From Amoeboaphelidium occidentale (taxonomy: Eukaryota), in contig JALGPX010000041.1 in NCBI GenBank assembly GCA_023515795.1, positions 1-64,000 of the forward strand: DNA of 64,000 bases, given 5' to 3'. Position numbers and translations under genes: made by a program. Of the stretch, positions 48,938 to 61,879 are shown piece by piece; position 1 is the stretch's first letter, and each line of letters begins with the position of its first letter. Under the pieces are notes generated by a model. It did not search any database, was not told the DNA's origin, and was given only the letters and a program-made list of their open reading frames with translations.

Positions 48938-50334
48938 ATGATTCTTTTGGAACCAACAAATAAAATCTTAACTGAACTTTTACAGAGTAAATTTGAAAGG
49001 TAATTAGTCTCTCTCTCTCTCTCTCTCTCTCTTTGTGTCTCTCTGTGTGTATAAAAACCCATTCTAACTTCTTTAGCCCTCAGGATAGGATTCAAACTAC
49101 TTTGGCTGATTATGATGGTGTCACTTATACTGTTTCTACTCCACAACAACAACAACAACAACAACAACAAGAAGGTGCTACTCAAAGAAGTTCTATTATT
49201 AGGATTGCAATGCATATGAAGTGTTTTAATTCTGAANCTTTTGGAACCAACAAATAAAATCTTAACTGAACTTTTACAGAGTAAATTTGAAAGGTAATTA
49301 GTCTCTCTCTCTCTCTCTCTTTGTGTCTCTCTGTGTTTATAAAAACCCATTCTAACTTCTTTAGCCCTCAGGATAGGATTCAAACTACTTTGGCTGATTA
49401 TGATGGTGTCACTTATACTGTTTCTACTCCACAACAACAACAACAACAAGAAGGTGCTACTCAAAGAAGTTCTATTATTAGGATTGCAATGCATATGAAG
49501 TGTTTTAATTCTGAATTGGTAAAGTATGGGGCTTCTTCATTGTTACAGAAGGAGTATGGTTCTTATTTAAAACAACAGGAACAGGATGAAGGCGGTGGTG
49601 GTGGTGGTGGTGGTGGTAGTGGTGATGTTGTGTTGGAGATTGATGTTGAATCAGTTCATAAGGATGCTAGAGAAGATTTGATTAGAAAAGTTTCTCTATT
49701 GAAGACTAATGCAATGAGTGCAGTTTTTGAGAAGGCATTTAATGATCAATTATCTGGTAGTGGTAGTGGTAGTGGTAGTGGTAGTGGTAATGAATTCATG
49801 GTGGTTCATTATAGGGATGAAGAATCCATCTTTGTCAAGGCGTCTTCTGATAGGGTTACTGTAATCTTTTCTACTGTGTTTAGGGATGAGACTGATGGAG
49901 TATTTGCAAAGGTGTTTTTGCAGGAGTTTGTGGATTGTAGGAAGCAGACTAGTTTGCAGAATGCGCCACAAGTACTTTATACTAATAAGGAAGCGCCTAT
50001 GGAGTTGAGGGGTAGGAAGGATTTGAAGGAGGGAGAGAATGTAGGCTATGTAACATTTGGTAAGTCTGCATTGAGTTTAATTTATTAATGTTGTATAGTC
50101 CTCTTCCCGAGACACTACGAGAAGCCTCAGCAACGCACTGCGACCGTTCAGTTGGTGCAGTACTTTAGGGATTATTTGCACTATCACATCAAGTGTTCAA
50201 AGGCGTATATGCACTGCAGGATGAGGGCAAAGGTTGAGAGTTGGTTGAAAGTGTTGAATCGTGCAAAGCCAGAGTTTGATGCAAAGGATAAGGAGAAGAA
50301 GACTGCTAGTGGAAAGACGTTTACAAGAAAGTGA
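48938..50334 (+). CDS. ARPC2: Arp2/3 complex subunit ARPC2 (Arc35), with polyQ/polyG/GS insertions and an N-gap duplicate
   Basis: [58 protein letters not shown]. Confidence 0.95.
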
Positions 50335-50982
50335 AAACAGAATAAAATAAGGATGTGAGAACGAGCAGGAGCGGGAGTAAGATAGTGAGATAATGTCGTT
50401 GTTGTTGTTGTTACTAATGTTCATGGTCATGGATCATCTGTTTAATCATAAGATTGGTGGCTTTTGATTGTAGCAGTGTGAATTTAGCNTTACAAGAAAG
50501 TGAAAACAGAATAAAATAAGGATGTGAGAACGAGCAGGAGCGGGAGTGAGATAGTGAGATAATGTCGTTGTTGTTGTTGTTGTTGTTGTTACTAATGTTC
50601 ATGGTCATGGATCATCTGTTTAATCATAAGATTGGTGGCTTTTGATTGTAGCAGTGTGAATTTAGCATCACAGGTTGCAGCTATAAAAGCACATTCTGCT
50701 CCGATTTCTTTATTTAACCACGATACAGATGCACAGTACCAAGGTTTTCAGACAAGTTTCTATTACTGTTTCAAGGAAAATATCCAAATCATCGCCACTA
50801 GCATTCGCGCCAAAGGGTGACCATAACACGAAAATAAGTCCAGTGTGGAAGGAAAGGACTCTAGAAGTTCTGGATCTAGTTAATGAAAAGAATGCAGAAG
50901 TTCTAAAGAAGCGTATAATGGTAGAGAAAAGGTTCAATTATGAATAGAGAAATTTATAATCAACCTTGTTTCAACCTTGTCT

Positions 50983-52003
50983 ATGAATCCCATCAGTGCA
51001 AATATTGCAACTACAATTGCTTCGCCTACTTCATCTGCATCATCTCCAAATGTGGCTGCTGGAGCTGCTGCTGCTACCGGAGCTGGTGCTAATTTGAAAT
51101 TGGCTTTGCCTTCTACTTGGGAATCAATCACATCACTAGCAATGAAGAGAATCAAGATGATCACATATCTAAAGAACATTTACATGTCAAAGTCACTGTA
51201 CTTTAATACAGTGATCATACAACGAGATAATATAAAGAATCATCTGGAGTCTCCGTTAATCAAGCGAAGGTAAGGTTCGACTTGGTGCGCAATAATCATC
51301 ATAATCTTTGCTTGAAGGAGTTCCAATTTGTTCAATTTGGGTTTGTCACTGGCTCAATTACTGCAGATCAATACACCATCAAAGTTTGTAAAGAATATGT
51401 TGCTTTTGCTGACGGATTTTGAGTATGAGACACCTGATGCTCAAGTCAAGAAGTTGGTAAGATTCTTTTGAATGTCATGAAGGAATTAACGATGATGTTT
51501 AGACTTCAATGCTGAAGAAAAAGAAGACTGGAAATTCTAAAGATGATCAGGAGAATTATTTCACTAGTGGGACTGATGGTGGTTTATGTTCAGTGCTGTT
51601 GACACCAAATTTGCCATTTGATTTGGATTACTTTGAAGTATTTCAGTCTTTAATGGAGATTCTAGTGGAAGTATACGCTAAACTGATGGAATGGAAACCT
51701 CGAACTTCTTCTTCAGCTGCCCTAGGAACAGATCGTTCCTTGTCCAGAGAAGATATCACACCATCAGGTCAAGCAGATTCTGCATTCAGAGATGGTATCA
51801 ATCGTATAGATTCGAAAATTATGAAGCTTATTTCTCTGTTGATGAAAGAATTGGATGATATCGCAATTAAAGTCACTAATGATTGCCTAGCTCAAATTGA
51901 TCCATTGATATTCCTAAAGAAGGAAGTTGAAGAGAAGGCAGACGATGATGATAACGCCACAGAGATTGGAAGTTCTGCTGTGATCTCGACTGTTTATGAA
52001 TAG
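50983..52003 (+). CDS. conserved hypothetical protein (3 exons)
   Basis: KRIKMITYLK..YFNT and LLTPNLPFDLDYFEVFQSLMEILVEVYAKL resemble an uncharacterised fungal family. Confidence 0.65.
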
Positions 52004-52536
52004 AAAGAATTTAAAGCTGATCAATTTCTCGGAAACTGGTTTGAAACCGCGACATGCGAAAATTTCGGGGATATAAAAAGGGCAAGCCAGCAGCTATATT
52101 TTCCGGTTGACATAGCAAGATGTATACCCCGAAGAGCAAGAGATGTTCCAAAACAGTTTGCACCTCCTTCCAACCAATGCCGAGAGTGATACCGTCAACA
52201 ACAGCAGGCTGATGGCCTTGAATGCCCTTGTTGCCTTTCTTACCGCTGACAATACAAGTGGCGCAAGATGGTTAAGCAGCGATAATTTTCGTGGGCTGCT
52301 AAATAAGGTTTATGACTGTGTTGATTGCCTAGCCTGACTGCTGAAAATTTGGAACGTCTTGGTATGTCTTTGGGGCTCTGTGAAGCTGTTCTGGCTATCT
52401 TGAAAAAATAAATGCAACATCAATGATCTTAACCAAACGCTCTGAATTTTGCGTGTTTCAACCTTGAACTTGCCGTCATTGATCGACGGGAACTTTGTAA
52501 TAATCACGTGGAAATTTACAGCCGTTTTAACGCATC

Positions 52537-54063
52537 ATGGAACGCTGCATTCTGGTCATAAAAGGAAAGGAATACGACGTTACTGGCTTTTTAGATAGCC
52601 ATCCTGGTGGTCGTGATACATTGCTGGAATACAGTGGTCAGGATGCTACAGAAGGTTTTGAAGACGCGGGACATTCTAATGCTGCTTTGAAGGAAATGGA
52701 ATCTTACTACACGGGCAAGAGTGTGGCGATTCAAGATAAGAAAGATTCTGTCGAGCAGATACCGATTTATGATTTTAAATTTCCGGAATGGATGGGAATG
52801 CATTTTTGGATTTTCTTGAGTTCTGCTCTCGCTGTTACCTGTGCTTTGGTTGCTGGCACTCCTATTAATCAAAGTTTGGGTGATGCAATGAAAAATCAAC
52901 ATCCTTCTGAGGGCGCTTTGGGTTTGGGTCGTTTCACGATTATTGGCTACATGGGTGGTTTTGAATATCCTTTCAGACTGAAAGAATCAAAGATTGCTGC
53001 GTTCTGGTCTGCGTGGGTTCTCTATGTTTTGCATCAAACTGGGCAATGGTATCTCTTGTTTGCTGCTACAAGAGCGCGTGAAGGTGCTGACGGTTCTTCT
53101 AACTCTAAAGATCGTTTAAAATGGAGCTCTAACGGAATTGGAAACGGTTACGCTTGGGCAATGTTAATTTTGAATATCACCTTCTTTGGCTTGCACTTCA
53201 TTCAAACTCATTTGTTTTACGATGGTCTTGCTGCTTCTGTTCCTGAGACAACTGCATTAGGCTCTGTTGTTGCTATGTTGGCAGTAATTTATCTTGTAGA
53301 AATTCCCCGCAGAGGAATGTTCTTTGGTTACTTCCCAGGAAAGCATACTGACACAATGAAAGATTTTGCTTTGATTATGAAAAAGTATCATGGATATGTT
53401 GCTTCTTTTGGTATTGTTTACGACTTCTGGTATCATCCCATGGAGATTACAGCTGGTCATTACACAGGCTTTTTCTATCAAGTTCTCTTGTTATGGCAAT
53501 CTTCTCTACTGTACCAGACTGAACACAAGAACAGATATTGGACTTTGTTCTTGGAATACTTTGTTGCCATTCATGGTTTGGTCACTGCCATAAATCAAGG
53601 TGGAACCATGTTTTTGATGATGCTCTTTGGGTTTTCTGGAGTATTTTTCATTACACAAATTTTTGGTATTCCCGAAGTTCTGCATTATATCAACAAACCA
53701 ACAGATGAAAAGTCGAGAAAGAGACGACACATGTTTGTGTCTATTTTCAGTATTGTTCTCTGGATAGGTATCAGTGCAATTGTGTATGGAGCTTTAGGAG
53801 AATTGAAAAAATTGCCTCTCATCGCCACAATACCTTTCTTGATGTATGCTGCTGCTTTGGTCTTTGTTTTCGGATTCCTAATTGCAAGAGGCATGGAGTA
53901 TTTGTTGGTTCAGAAATACAATTTCCTTGAAAAGAAGAGTTCCGCATGGTGGACCTTAGCCATTTCGTGGTCTGTAATTGTGTCAGCCATATCGATTTGC
54001 ACATACGCAGTTTTGACGGGTAATGGCTTCTCATTCCCGATGACAGAATACCCAAAACAATAA
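52537..54063 (+). CDS. cytochrome b5 domain fused to a His-containing multi-pass membrane domain
   Basis: YDVTGFLDSHPGG..GQDATEGFEDAGHS; then many TM segments with LHQ, HFIQTH, YHGY, WYHPME, GHY, EH, IHG. Confidence 0.8.
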   Translation: MERCILVIKGKEYDVTGFLDSHPGGRDTLLEYSGQDATEGFEDAGHSNAALKEMESYYTGKSVAIQDKKDSVEQIPIYDFKFPEWMGMHFWIFLSSALAVTCALVAGTPINQSLGDAMKNQHPSEGALGLGRFTIIGYMGGFEYPFRLKESKIAAFWSAWVLYVLHQTGQWYLLFAATRAREGADGSSNSKDRLKWSSNGIGNGYAWAMLILNITFFGLHFIQTHLFYDGLAASVPETTALGSVVAMLAVIYLVEIPRRGMFFGYFPGKHTDTMKDFALIMKKYHGYVASFGIVYDFWYHPMEITAGHYTGFFYQVLLLWQSSLLYQTEHKNRYWTLFLEYFVAIHGLVTAINQGGTMFLMMLFGFSGVFFITQIFGIPEVLHYINKPTDEKSRKRRHMFVSIFSIVLWIGISAIVYGALGELKKLPLIATIPFLMYAAALVFVFGFLIARGMEYLLVQKYNFLEKKSSAWWTLAISWSVIVSAISICTYAVLTGNGFSFPMTEYPKQ

Positions 54064-54068
54064 AATAG

Positions 54069-54464
54069 ATGAACAATCTCAAGATTTTGAATCTTGTTTG
54101 CAACAAGATCATGTTGTCAGAACAGTTTGTTACCAAGCTTAGAGACCAAGACATTCTTAAAGTTGGCCAAATACGCAAAGATGATTTTTTCAGCCCAAAG
54201 CTAAGTGAAATTCAATACTTTCAAAACATTATGAAACCTAAACAGCTTTCCGTAAGCGAATTGGAAAAGGCTGAGAAGGGCTATGAACAAGAAAAGGCCA
54301 AAATATGCAGTTACACACCAAAGAATATCCCAATAGGCCTGCATAAAAGACAAAACCCTGTCGGTAATGACACTCAAAATCATCGCTCCATATTCTCTAG
54401 ACGGAACGCTATTGATCTCACAGCGTCAAGACCAACATCATCAGAAGAAGACATACTTGGATAG
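54069..54464 (+). CDS. hypothetical small protein
   Basis: ORF filling the gap between neighbouring genes; no motif recognised. Confidence 0.35.
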   Translation: MNNLKILNLVCNKIMLSEQFVTKLRDQDILKVGQIRKDDFFSPKLSEIQYFQNIMKPKQLSVSELEKAEKGYEQEKAKICSYTPKNIPIGLHKRQNPVGNDTQNHRSIFSRRNAIDLTASRPTSSEEDILG

Positions 54465-54518
54465 TCACGCTGATATTTTGAACAGATTTTTATTAATAAA
54501 TGATTTACACTTTTCGCC

Positions 54519-55319
54519 TCAACGTACAACTTGGCCCTCTGCGCCTTGCTGCTGGTGGCTAATGACAGCCAATGCTTCGGAATGTGGTTTGTATTCCATC
54601 ACAACGTCCTTTGGTAACTTCAAAACAACTCTCATAGTTTCGCGTATCTTGTTCAAATATTTGCTGTCTGCATTCGCATTCCAAATGCTTATGATATCTT
54701 CAGACGTTCTCAGAGACAAGACAGCTCCGCATATTTCATCGCCAACTCTGAACTGATCTCCAATTAGAGCAAGAAGCTAAAGACATGTAAGTCACAATTA
54801 CTCCGGAACGTACTAAATTCTCCCACATTCTGTCACTTAAGCCCTTCTTCAATCGAATAATCCATTTGCCTCCTTTGCAATTGCTTTCGTCTTCCCAAGC
54901 AGGCTTGATTCCTTCCTTGAACAAATGATAGTCGCTAATCACAGGAACACTTGAAGGCCTCTTTATGTGCTGATAAGTGCGCCAAAAATCATCAACCTAA
55001 ATGACAGTAGAGATTAGAAACTGTTCTGGAAATGATTCTGGCTCAGGGCATTGTAATAAGTCTCTTCAATAGAAAATTCAGAAACACGGACCAATGCAGG
55101 ACATCATTGCCATAGAAATGCTGTAAGAGAAGGGAACTATACCGTTGAAAATGTTGCCACAGTCTTCATCTGATCCAAATAATTTGAGCTCGGCTTTTGT
55201 CCTGGTGGCCTGTGCGTGTACCAAAATACCCACGAGCACTGTAGCTTGGAGCCTCTAAATGTGATGGAATGTTTAGAAATTCTGGAAGCGCAGTTAATTT
55301 ACGTGTTTTCTTCGGTCAT
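54519..55319 (-). CDS. EIF4E2: class II eIF4E (4EHP/eIF4E2-like), 4 exons
   Basis: LQCSWVFWY, SNY (Tyr at the first cap-stacking position), TFST|VDDFW, DYHLFKEGIKPAWED..KGGKW, EDIISIWN, MEYKPH. Confidence 0.85.
55040..55111 (-). ncRNA. U18: box C/D snoRNA U18 (SNORD18/snR18) in an eIF4E2 intron
   Basis: GGC..ATGATGT (box C) ..CATTGGTCCGTGTTT-CTGA (D', guide complementary to LSU rRNA AAACACGGACCAA) ..TTGAAGA (C') ..CTGA (D) GCC terminal stem. Confidence 0.9.
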
Positions 55320-55407
55320 TATAATTCGGTGAGCACCGAGAGGTTTTCAAAAGGAAAAAGTTAGCCCTAAGGATCGGCAAAGTGAACAGAAACTCAAACG
55401 AAACGTC

Positions 55408-57526
55408 TCATCTATTCCCACTATGATACTGCTCTGAATGAAAACAATTTCCGCAGTTCTTCTTATTAAATCGATGTATGGTAAAGTCTTCGCACTCGCA
55501 TTTGGCGAAACTGCAAGGGTTCTTCTTCTTTTTGACTTTTTGCTTTGGTGTTCCATACTTTCTCATGTCAATTCCAGGAATACCATCTAGCTCACTCACT
55601 GTCAGAGGAACTAGCGGTTTGCTAGTTGATGAAAACATGGTCTTATTTACATGTTCGCCATTGTCAATCATTTGACCTTTCTTAATTGATATCAAGTTAA
55701 ATAGAGACTCATTTGGTGTTCCGTAAGCGTTTGAATCGTTATGTTCAATTTTCTCATATGATTGTCTCTTCTTATTTCCAATAGGGCTGATTCTTTCATT
55801 ACTATGCTTGTTCCTCAGTCTTGGTAAACTTGTTGCAGCGTGATGCAGATTGTTGTGTACAAGTTGATCATTCCCCCTTGTTCCAGTCTACATAATTGTA
55901 AGCATTATGATGAAACAAACTTACCAATTTAAGTCTGGCCTCTTGCCTTCTTATCACAGTCTTCATCAATTCCGGATCAGACTCGATTAGATGCCTGCTT
56001 CTTGCATTTCTCAAAGACATTACCCATTCTTTTAAAGAATCCATATCTTCTGTACAGAAGCATTGTATCCTGGAAGCACCTGGTTTCTGGGATCTAAGTG
56101 CGAAACAGAAACTTGTTTGTGTTCTGCATCGTTCTTCGATGAACTGGTAAGCATCAAACTCTTCCACTGAGAAAACAGCTTCATCGGGTGCATCATTCTT
56201 GGACTTGGAATTCTTTATGCGAAACACACCATCTTTAAGTTCTGCATATCTTCGCTTCCACGTTCCATCAGACTTCTCATACCACAACAATCCGCTCCTC
56301 TCGTATTCTCCACTCAAAGCGCCTTCGATTGAATAAAAGTTCCAAAAACTATGTTGCCGTATCAATAATGAATTGAACGTCTCCTTGTTCCACGTCTTAA
56401 CTACATTTATCATTAATTCAAATTGTCGAACAGGGCGGCCTAAAGGTTAAGCGAAGAACAATCTCAGAGTCTTACATATATCAACATCATCATCCCTGTA
56501 TAATTCAAATAGTGTCCACTGTTCGCTCTGAGGTAATTTTACGTTGTTCAGCACGTGTTTCACAATGTTCTCAGCCTTTGACAGAGAGTTTAGTGTCATG
56601 GAAGTGCTTCCACAAAACTCATAAGGATTGCTGTGGTTTAAATTGTAATGAACCGGCTGTGACCATTTTTCCAGATCTGTATTTAAAAGTTTCTTTGCCA
56701 AGTCTCCTATTCTTTCATCATCATCGCTGCTAGATGAAGGCGTCTCTGGAGATGGGGAAGTACTTGTTACAACAGCGACAACTTTTGTATTTTTAGGTGT
56801 CTTGGATTTACGTGTTGGTATTATTGGGACATCTTCTTCATGTCGTTCCGCTGATATTACTTTCCGAGTCTTTCTAACCACCGACGAGGTATCTTCGGAG
56901 GTGACTTCTTTCGCTTGTCTCTTTGGTGATGTTACTTGAGTTTCTACCTTATCGACTTCTTCCAACTGCTTTAGTAATGCTTCTAAGTCCGCACTCTTTT
57001 CATAGTTTATCCTTTCAAACGTCATGATCTGTGAGCTCCTCGCCAACTTCTTTCGTCTTGCTTCACGCTCCTTCTGTTCACGTTCATCACTTTTGCCATA
57101 ACTTACTTCATCTTCATCATCTTTCAAGGCTATAGCTCTTATCCTTGGTAGAGGTGGAGGTGCAGCAGAGAAGGACGCCTTTCTCGGGGTTGAAACCGGT
57201 TGGCTGGGAGGTTGTGGCAAAGGTGAAGGAGATCCATAAAACGATAGATAGTCATCATCATAAGAATAAGCCATGGACACTTCCTCCTCGGCAACTTTTT
57301 CGATCGTTATGGGTTTTGGAGGTGGAGGTGTTTTAAACAGCATCGTTGTTGGAGATGTTTCATATTCCACTCGTTCCATTGGTGTCGCGTTCTTATGATC
57401 ATGATGATGTTGTGACTCTTTCGGCTTCCTTCTCGGTGGTATCGGGCTAACAGTATCATTCACCTCCATAAGTAATCGGTCTATCTCTTGGAGTTGGTCG
57501 TCCAACGTTCGTTCGTTGTGTGCCAT
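55408..57526 (-). CDS. RA-PH (MRL/Grb7-like module) adaptor with Pro-rich N-terminus and Cys/His-rich C-terminus
   Basis: RA-like WTLFE..|.RP; PH domain SGLLWYEKSDGTWKRRYAEL..FCFALR..EWVMSLRNAR; C-terminal CSFAKCECEDF...CGNCFH. Confidence 0.65.
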
Positions 57527-57582
57527 GTTGAATCAAATTATAAATAGCAAGACAAGAGTCGTAGACTTCAAAATCAAAGATT

Positions 57583-60500
57583 CTATTGTGAATTCAGCCC
57601 TTGTACGTAAATAATGTCGTTTACAACTCTGTTAAGTTGCTCTGAGAAGGAAGGAAAATCTCCTGCTTTGTTCAATCCAGACAGAATCTTGATCTTTGCT
57701 GCCGGAGTCTGAACTGTTTTGTCCAAATACTCTACCAAGAGCTGATCGTAAAATGCCTGAGTTCTACTGTGAAATATTTGAAACAATGCTCTTATCAATT
57801 CATCTCGCAAAAGATCAAAATTCTGTTGAACCAAATTGTCTAGAAGAACTTGACAAAAACCTTCATAGAATACTCCAAAGTACTTTGTAAATACGAGATG
57901 TTTCGCATTCAGATCTTCCAAGCAGTATAAAGCTTTCTGAAACAGCTCCAATTGGTTTGCGGAAAAGCATTGAGCATAAATTGAAAGAATTCTGACGAGC
58001 TTCACTGAAGGCACACCTTCTTGAGCACCAGCATTAATCAATTTGAACTTCGAAATCACTATTGAATGCAAAGTGTCAAGCAATGAAACTCTTAAAGAAT
58101 CTAGACTATTGTGTTTGAATGCAATATCAAGGCCCCAGAATAAGACGGTCAACATAGAATCAGCATTATTGTTGTCAACAAGTGTTTTGAGAAGTAAAAA
58201 GTATTTCGAAAGAAGCTCTACTGTAAACTTCTGGTCCGATTGAAGTAAAGTACTCACATTATTTTGCAAGTATGTGAAGAGATTCTGAACGAGTTCCTTG
58301 ACAGAGTTATCTTTGCTTGCGTTGAGATTAGATCTGAAGCATTCGACATAACTCAACGTAAAATCCAGAAGACATAGAATCAAATGGCTGTTTTGCAACA
58401 ACACATTGCAATTTGTTGACAATAAAATGCGATAAACTTCCATAATTTTAGCGTCAGTCGAGTGTATCATTGAATAAGTGTTGTTTCTAATAGCCAAGCG
58501 TTCTTGCTGCACGACTCCGATAACGCTTGATAGTACCAGCAGAACGTGAATAAGACGAGGTTGGAGAGAGACCAAATTCAATTCTGATATTGCAACTTGT
58601 GAAAAAGGAACACTAAGACCACTCAAGAAAGATTCCAGCTGTTTCTGGATTGCTTCATTATTGCCAGGGGTACATTTAAGAATGCCACAGNNNNNNNNNN
58701 NNNNNNNCTGATATTGCAACTTGTGAAAAAGGAACAATAAGACCACTCAAGAAAGATTCCAGCTGTTTCTGGATTGCTTCATTATTGCCAGGGGTACATT
58801 TAAGAATGCCACAGGAAACAGCTCGATAGCAAATCTTCTTGAACTCATCCGAATCTGAATTAACGGTAAGCTCGTGAACATTATTGAAGAAATCAGCAAC
58901 TCTGTTGTACTCGAACAATCTTTCAGGTTTGATGGACTCACATACTGACATAAAGACTCTAGCGGCAACCAGTTTCGCATAAGTTTCAGTAGATGATGTC
59001 ATCAAATGGATCAGCATAGGAAGCAATCCATTCATAAATTCGTGAAACTCGCTAGATTGTTTGATTTTGACCAGGAATCCGCTGAAACTTCCAATAACCA
59101 TGACATTCTCTTTGATTAGTCCTTCGATGGTTGCCGTTAGAACTTTTGCATTTCCGGCTCGAATATTTATCAATGATCCTGTTAAGCTAGCCAACGATTG
59201 CAATAATCCAAAACACTGCTNNNNNNNNNNNNNNNNNNNNNTCTTTGATTAGTCCTTCGATGGTTGCCGTTAGAACGTTTGCATTTCCGGCTCGAATATT
59301 TATCAATGATCCTGTTAAGCTAGCCAACGATTGCAATAATCCAAAACACTGCTCATCAAATCCAGACAGAAGTTCATTGATTTTACCGAATATTCCAACG
59401 ATAGTCGTCAAGTCCAACATTAAACTGTTCACTTGAGCCAATCCGTCCATTGAGAGAGATTTAAGAGATGTTCCGCTCAATTTATCAATATCTGCCTTCT
59501 TTGCCATAAAAGCATTAGATAGCTCGCCGAGAAAATCATCTGGGAAATATTCAATAATTCTCACGACAATCTGTAAAACTCTTCGAGTTATTGATGATTC
59601 ACTTCCTTCGAAACCTTCTTCGCCTGCAAATTCATCATCGTCGTCTGCAATGATTCTGCTAAGCTCGCTGCCATTGCTTTCATATAATGATTTCTTAAGC
59701 AAATCCTTCCCCAAAACTACAAGACCATTTTTCATGTGGATAATTTGCAAAACTTTCTGTGAGTTCACTGGTTGTCCCGATAATGCAGATCTTACATCGA
59801 CATAATTAACTTCGCCATAGTATTCAAGCAAGAATTCATGCCAAAGTTCAATCATGTCTCCAAGCCAGAAAATATCGTTAGAATTGAACGTGAACCTGTA
59901 TATCAACTCAAAGAGTGGTTCGACAAACTCCGATGCAAGCGAATAGCAGTTCCTTATGTAGACCTTCATGAAATCAACCAGTTTCAGTCTGTAATCTTCA
60001 TCAAGATCGTTGGAAAGGAATAATGTGTTAGTGCTTATATCGAACACTCTGGTGAGACCTTGTAGTAACTGCAGCAAGTGCTTCGATATAACACCAACAA
60101 ACTCATTCTTATTAGAAAATCTGATATTCTTCTTCTCTACAATCTCTGTGATAACATTTAGAGCAGACACACCAAGTCGAATGTTTTGAGCATCATTTAA
60201 TCGAGAATAGACCATCAGAATCTCCAAAAGATCAGATGAGACGTAATCCTGTTGAGGTATTTTGCTCCAATAGTTGTTAATGTGCGTAACAGTCAGCTGG
60301 ATTACTTCCATGGCTATTACAGCTCCGTCTGCTTGCGACTGATCGAACAACTTTGTATCAGGCACTACTGGTGTATTAAGTGATAGCGTGAGAGCATTAA
60401 CGCTGCTGCTCACATTGTTGGACTGGAAATTGTATGATTTGCTTGTTAAAGATCTAGCGTGCGTTCCACCAGTAGAAACTTGATTACTGCCATCGTTAGC

Positions 60501-61114
60501 ATCATGATACATACCTTCCAAGATCTGCTTCATCAGCAACAGAATACTTGGAAGGAACTCATTGAAACTCATCAGTAATGACTGTCTTCTATCGGAATCC
60601 ATATCTTTCTTCTGAGTTGCAGTGAACTCTTCAACCATCGTTCTCAGCAGCATCAGCCCAACATTCTTGGTATCCTTTGTAAGAATCAAAGTATGAATGA
60701 TCTGCAGCAAGTCTGGAAAATCCTGAGGCCATAAATGCTTTCCGATGTCCACAATGATCTTGATCAACTTGTTAATTGACCTTGGCGTTAAAGTGGCTTG
60801 TCCAGAATTAAGCGATTGCTGTAACAAGTACAACATCTGATCCTTCACTCTCAATTGCTCATCCTTAGGCACTAATGCATAATGCTTCCTAATGAACTCT
60901 TCATACACCGACAATGAGAAGAATATGACATTATCATTAGGAGCTCTGAGCAAAAGTTCTTCGCACTTCTTGTAAGCCAGAGGTTGCTGCTTAAATAGAG
61001 TCAACTGCTTATCTACTAATTACAAGATCACATAGAATGGTTACCAATTTCATGGATATCATGAGGCTGAAGGTGTTCGGTGTAGAACTTATTAAGTAGA
61101 TTCTCCAAGTCCAT
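57583..61114 (-). CDS. XPO6: exportin-6 homolog (interrupted by two N-gap duplicates)
   Basis: FFSLSVYE, INKLIKIIVDIGKHLWP, GLMLLRTMVEEF, C-terminal DLLRDEL..DFPSFSEQLNRVVND. Confidence 0.8.
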
Positions 61115-61879
61115 TCGCTGTGCTTCAAATCGTGGCGCTAAAAACCGAACAGCATTTTGAAACGGACTTAGAATTTGGTTTCAGCCCTTTTAACAGGAGT
61201 TACTTAAGCTAAACTGGACGTAGTTTACCTGTCACACATCAAAGTTTTGGCTGTAACGCAAAATCGCGGTTTCAGAGAAATCTTGCATGAAACAGAGCAC
61301 AAGACTATTCTTACTTAACAACTGCATGGAGCACTTGTTCCTTAGTAATCTGAGGAGTATTCAGAGGATGATGGCATTCATTGCGTTAAGGGTATATGGT
61401 TTTATGACTGGGTGGAATGATCACGGACTATTTGGCATGCTTTATTCATCTGGTACAACGCCACCATCAAATAGAAAAGACTCAAATAAGAACCCTTTTG
61501 AATGAAATTTCTTCAAATAAATTCTAATTCGACAGCGTTTGTGTGTATTTGGCAAAGCTTAACTGTTTGCGTCCATGAAACAGCGACTTAAAAACGGAAG
61601 CATTTTCACGTTTCACATTTTCAACTTGGAAAATGTCAGTTGGAATACCACAAGACATTCAAAAGGATATTTTTGAGCAACAGAGACTAGTAGCAAGAAA
61701 TTACAGATTGATGGGATATCAAACCAAGTCAGAGCATAGAGAGGTTCTTCGGTTGCTTGATATTGTCTGATCCTTAGAGCCCTGAAGAAGAACATGATGA
61801 TGATGATCACAATAATGAAAATGATTTAAATGGTCAGAACGATAAACAGAAGCAGCAGAAAAGCTTAGCAGAAGGCTAT

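Noticed and set aside
48944..49516. Duplicated ARPC2 exons
   Set aside because: Allelic duplicates around a single N, differing mainly in SSR length; not an exon duplication. The same applies to the duplicate at ~50320-50670.
58583..59352. Frameshifts suggesting an XPO6 pseudogene
   Set aside because: Both breaks coincide with N gaps that have duplicated flanks.
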